Positions 59,724-64,000 of a stretch of 64,000 nt of DNA are shown piece after piece. The DNA lies in the NCBI RefSeq assembly GCF_006345805.1, contig NC_042998.1, positions 46,996,001 through 47,060,000 of the forward strand, written 5' to 3'. The first letter of the stretch is position 1. Every line of letters starts with the position of its first letter. The notes under the pieces were generated by a model. It had not been told where the DNA came from. It did no database searches and was given only the letters and a program-made list of their open reading frames with translations. Made by a program: the position numbers and the translations under genes. This DNA comes from Octopus sinensis (lineage: Eukaryota).

Positions 59724-60040
59724 CAAGGGATCTCAACCATTTTTTTATCAATGGACCCCTTTGGTTGCTATTTTATTTTAGTGGACCCCCATAGCTATCC
59801 GTTGTTTAAAATCTAGTTTTATAGAAACTTATTTCAAAATTCCTGTTGATTTTCACATTCTCTCGTGGAACTTGAACTATGTAAAATGATTGAGAAAGAA
59901 TTTTATCTCTTTCTTGCTATTAATACATCTAAATAAGAACTTCTTCATGGGCCTTAATATAGTATTGTGGATTCCCAATTTACTATTTTGCCTGCGTGGA
60001 GCCCACAAAAACCTATATGGACCCTGGATGAGAACCACTG
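59724..60040. mobile_element. hAT (Charlie-like) MITE with 8-bp TSD
   Basis: TIRs CAAGGGATCTCAACC / rc CAGTGGTTCTCATCC; flanks TTCTAGAA and TTCTAGAG. Confidence 0.8.
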
Positions 60041-61111
60041 TTCTAGAGTGATGTCTAAAGACTATGGTCTGTTACTCCCCGCTTTTGAATGGTTTTTGAC
60101 TAAGTTCATCCGTCTTTTGACAGGTTTTGCTTTTTATCCTGCTGTGTGCCCTATGAAAAATCACATTCCTTACCAAGCAGTCTCGAGGGCGTAGTAATAT
60201 AGTGAAGATTTGTGGAAAAATACATGTATATTAATGGAGATAAGATTATGTTGATGCTGGTAATGGTATTTGTTGTAGGTTCAAAATTTACGGTTTTTTA
60301 AAATTTCGGTTGAAACTAGCGAACATCAGTTTGTGGTGATGGTGGTTATAAAGAGAAACTATTTGGCCCTGAGAAAATGAATATACCCAGAAGAAAATGT
60401 GGCAATTGTTACTCGCCATACTGGCTGTCTACAAGCGATCTCTATTACTGATGGTGCAGAGGGCGAGACTATGTAGTAATGGAGTTAGTAATGGTAAAAT
60501 TAACTGTAATAATTCATTATTATTTGCAGTGGTGGTTTTCGAAGTTATCTTAGAGGCAGTGGTGATTGTAGAAGGTTTAACACAGTGACGATTACGGCAT
60601 TGGCGAAGTACTGAATTAGTGGCGATGTTGACGGAAACATAGTTAATAGAGATTTTGATCGGAATGGAAGTGTGGTAGAGGCGGTGGTCGGAATTTTGGT
60701 GGCAATACTGAATGAAATGTTTGTATTGATAGTATGTTGCAGTTGCCCATTTACTGGCTATGAAGTGGTGGTTATGGTGGAGAGGTTTCGGCGCTAAAGA
60801 AGATGCGACAGAAACGATGAAACAGCGTTGGTCGTAGTAGTGGTGGTAGTGGTGGTGGTCTTCATTTAAATGGAAACCTACTGAGCGTGATGAGTGTTTC
60901 TTTTTTTAATTTGTTCACGAATAAGCTGATATCTCTTTTCTCAGACAAAGAGGGCCTTTTCTGTTAACATTTGGATTTATAATTTTATATATACATATGT
61001 ATAGAAAAACACAGAAATACGCCTTCTCACACAGGCACACGCGTAAACACACACATGACTACATATGCACACACACATACACACACACACATACATACAT
61101 ACATACATACA

Positions 61112-61180
<69 letters not shown>

Positions 61181-61275
61181 AGACTCTTACAGGTACTTAA
61201 TTTTAACATCTGTACACACAAACACACACTCAGCACACTCTCTCGCTTCCTCTCTCCACGTCTCTCACAACGCCT

Positions 61276-61308
<33 letters not shown>

Positions 61309-61397
61309 TTATTTATATATATATATATACAGATAATATATATACATACATATATATATATATATACATACACACACACACATATATATATATACAT

Positions 61398-61466
<69 letters not shown>

Positions 61467-62574
61467 ATATTATATATATATATATGTATATGTATGTATA
61501 TATAAAGAGAAGGGAAGAGAGAGAGGGGAGAGAGACGAAGACAAACAGAAAGGACAAAGATGATATTTTGAATTGGCCATTTATAATTCACCGACGCTGT
61601 AAAAGGAATATCTGTGCGTGTTTTCTTAATTTAATAAACAGAACCAAAAGAACCTATAAATAATTGGTAGAAAATAAAATAAGGTACAATAAAATAAATG
61701 AAAATTTATACGAATTTAAAGCATAAAATAAACTATAGTAATTTATAGTAATGAGGTTATAGCTTGCTGGATAATTAACCTCGTTTTCATTGATGAAGTT
61801 TGTTTTCCTGTAAAATACTTTCTTTTGTAAAACACGAGGTGCATAGTTCGAAACATATAATCAAAGATATTTTAATACTTAATAATCTTTTCGGGCCTTG
61901 TGCCTAGAGTAGAAAAGAATATTTAATAAACTATAGGCATTACTGCATTTCTAGTATATTGTGTATAAGATACAACTGTTATATAAAATAGTAGAAAAGA
62001 AGAAATTTTATGATGGTAATAATGAGGTGAACGGTTAAAGGAAGAGATGAGGAATAAGAATGAAGACAAGAAGGAGAAGAAGAAGAGTAATGTTTACAAT
62101 AACAATGATGATGATGATGATGATGATCATGGTGATGGTGATGATGATTTTAAACCACAAAAATCAAAATCGATGAGAAAAAAATAGAAGAGAAAATGAA
62201 GTCTATATCTTTTGCAGACGTTTGGCACTAACTTGAAGCACTGAAGTTGCTAAGTGGATACTGCATTGCATTACATGCTCACGAATTAAAATCCCGCAGC
62301 TAGGGCTACGTTGTACTTTCGTATAGAATATATTCATCTACAGATCTAACGAAAATCAATACCATATAGTTTGAAAAATTCTTATAACAAGTGAGTGACA
62401 TATCATCCAATTCTAAGTATCAACTGTTATATTCTATGTAAACTGATCATGAAGGGCGGCCTGCACCAGATGACGACATTCTATATTATAATCTCGGACC
62501 AGTTCCAAGACAGATATACCAGTTTTTTTTTGTTCGGTATGCAGCAAGTCTGACATTCACCATATTTTACAAGA

Positions 62575-62825
62575 CTGGCTTTCCATCGGTTACGTCGACT
62601 GTTCCAGTTCATCCGACCAACGGAACAACTTGCTCGTGAAATTAACATGCAAATGGCTGAACGCTCCACAAATACTCCTACCCTTAACGTGGCTCTTGAA
62701 GAGATACAGAATGACACAGAATGAGACAAAGCTGGCCCTTTGAATTACATCTCATTTTTGCCAGTTGAATAGACTCGAACAACGTGAAATAAATTATCTT
62801 GCTCAAGGAAGCAACACACCGCCAA
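62575..62825 (-). mobile_element. SINE family B tail, degenerate
   Basis: tgctcgtgaaattaac..gtggctga..cccttaacgt is shared with 2690-2760. Confidence 0.7.
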
Positions 62826-63109
62826 AATAATTTTAACTTCTTGTTTGGAAAAAAAATCCATCCCGCAGGAATTTGATTTGGGAACGGAAGAGAATGTAAC
62901 TAGTTAATGGGAAGCATTTTGAATGGCATTAGAATATTAATACGTGCCAATGAAATTTTGTCAATAAGGCACAGAAAAAATGCCCTACTTCCACAAAATG
63001 GAGCAGTAAAGAATTATCTAGTAAAAAAGATTAAGAATGATTGATAATCCGATGTAACAGATTATTGTTTTATTGATAACTAATAACGGGTCAAAATCAA
63101 GTTTTGTAC

Positions 63110-63510
63110 AACGTTTATTTTTCAATGTTTTCCTTTTAACTGTTGAAGTCATTGGACTACGGGTATGTTGGCGCACTACCTTGAAAAGGTTAGTCGGACA
63201 AGTCGACCCCCTCAGATTTGTTAGATCTGCTTCTTACTCTACGGGTACTTTTGCTGAACCACTAGGGTGCGGAGGATAACCAACCAAAACTGATTTTCAA
63301 GCGGTGGTTGGGGAGACAAATGCAAACATAGACACACAGAGGCATATATATGACGAGATCCCTTGCCGTTTCCGTTCACCAAATTCAGTCATGACATTAG
63401 TCGCGCCGGGGGTAGAGTAGAAGGCACTTGTTCAAGATGTCACGCTGTGAGATTGAACCCGAAACAGCTTAGTTACAAAGCGAGATTCTTAACCACACAA
63501 CCATACCTGC
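63110..63510 (-). mobile_element. SINE family A, degenerate
   Basis: Homologous to 58925-59310. Confidence 0.65.
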
Positions 63511-64000
63511 TTCTAGAGGACTGAAAGCCCACCCAGTCCAAATTATATCATTTTATTGCTAAGACTTAGTCACAAGAAGAAGAGCAGATATATTTGCTCT
63601 TTTGCAGGTTTTCCATGGCGGGTAGGACTAAAACACAACACGTGTGCTGAAGAATATCAAAAGAATGTGTTTACCACAAACTTGTGATTCAGTCAAAATA
63701 CTTGCAACAATTAAAAAGGAAAACATTGAAACTGTACTAAGGACACAAAGACCAGGTGGCTATGTTAAACCGAGCAACAGATGAAATCTATCATCCAAAT
63801 ACAACAATATTTCTCTAATCAGCTTCTGGTTCAGTTCTTGACCACCTGATACCCCTTGTAAACTGCCGTTTTACTAATATACTTGTTTACCCTTTCATTG
63901 CATAAGGGTATCCAGGCAAAAATATGAAAGCATTCAACTGTATAGCCTATACCCTAGAAAGATAACCATTTTAAATCTCCTCACAACAAGCTGGCGTTTA

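Overview
This is AT-rich eukaryotic repeat DNA with very dense (TA)n/(CA)n/(TAGA)n/(TACA)n microsatellites and tRNA-derived SINEs. The landscape suggests a coleoid cephalopod such as Octopus (inference only). I cannot support any intact host protein-coding gene, and most computed ORFs are microsatellite translations. The recognisable coding sequence consists of decayed transposon relics: Penelope-like (PLE) RT/GIY-YIG at four loci, an RTE LINE, an R4/Dong-like LINE, CR1/L2-group LINEs, a near-full-length hAT, mariner, Merlin and several MITEs. The standout is a ~480-bp non-coding unit repeated in tandem and then inverted (42172-43972). Each complete unit carries a type I hammerhead ribozyme fold: 7-bp helix I, CUGAUGA core, GUAA-capped helix II, GAAA, palindromic helix III and an AUA cleavage triplet. 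This is the architecture of a non-LTR retrozyme, which could release ~480-nt self-cleaved and possibly circular RNAs. The inversion breakpoint lies at the centre of the ribozyme's helix III palindrome. About eight further minimal or degenerate hammerhead-like motifs occur in PLE pseudo-LTRs and in the tail of a tRNA-headed SINE. All ribozyme calls come from manual folding, and activity is untested.
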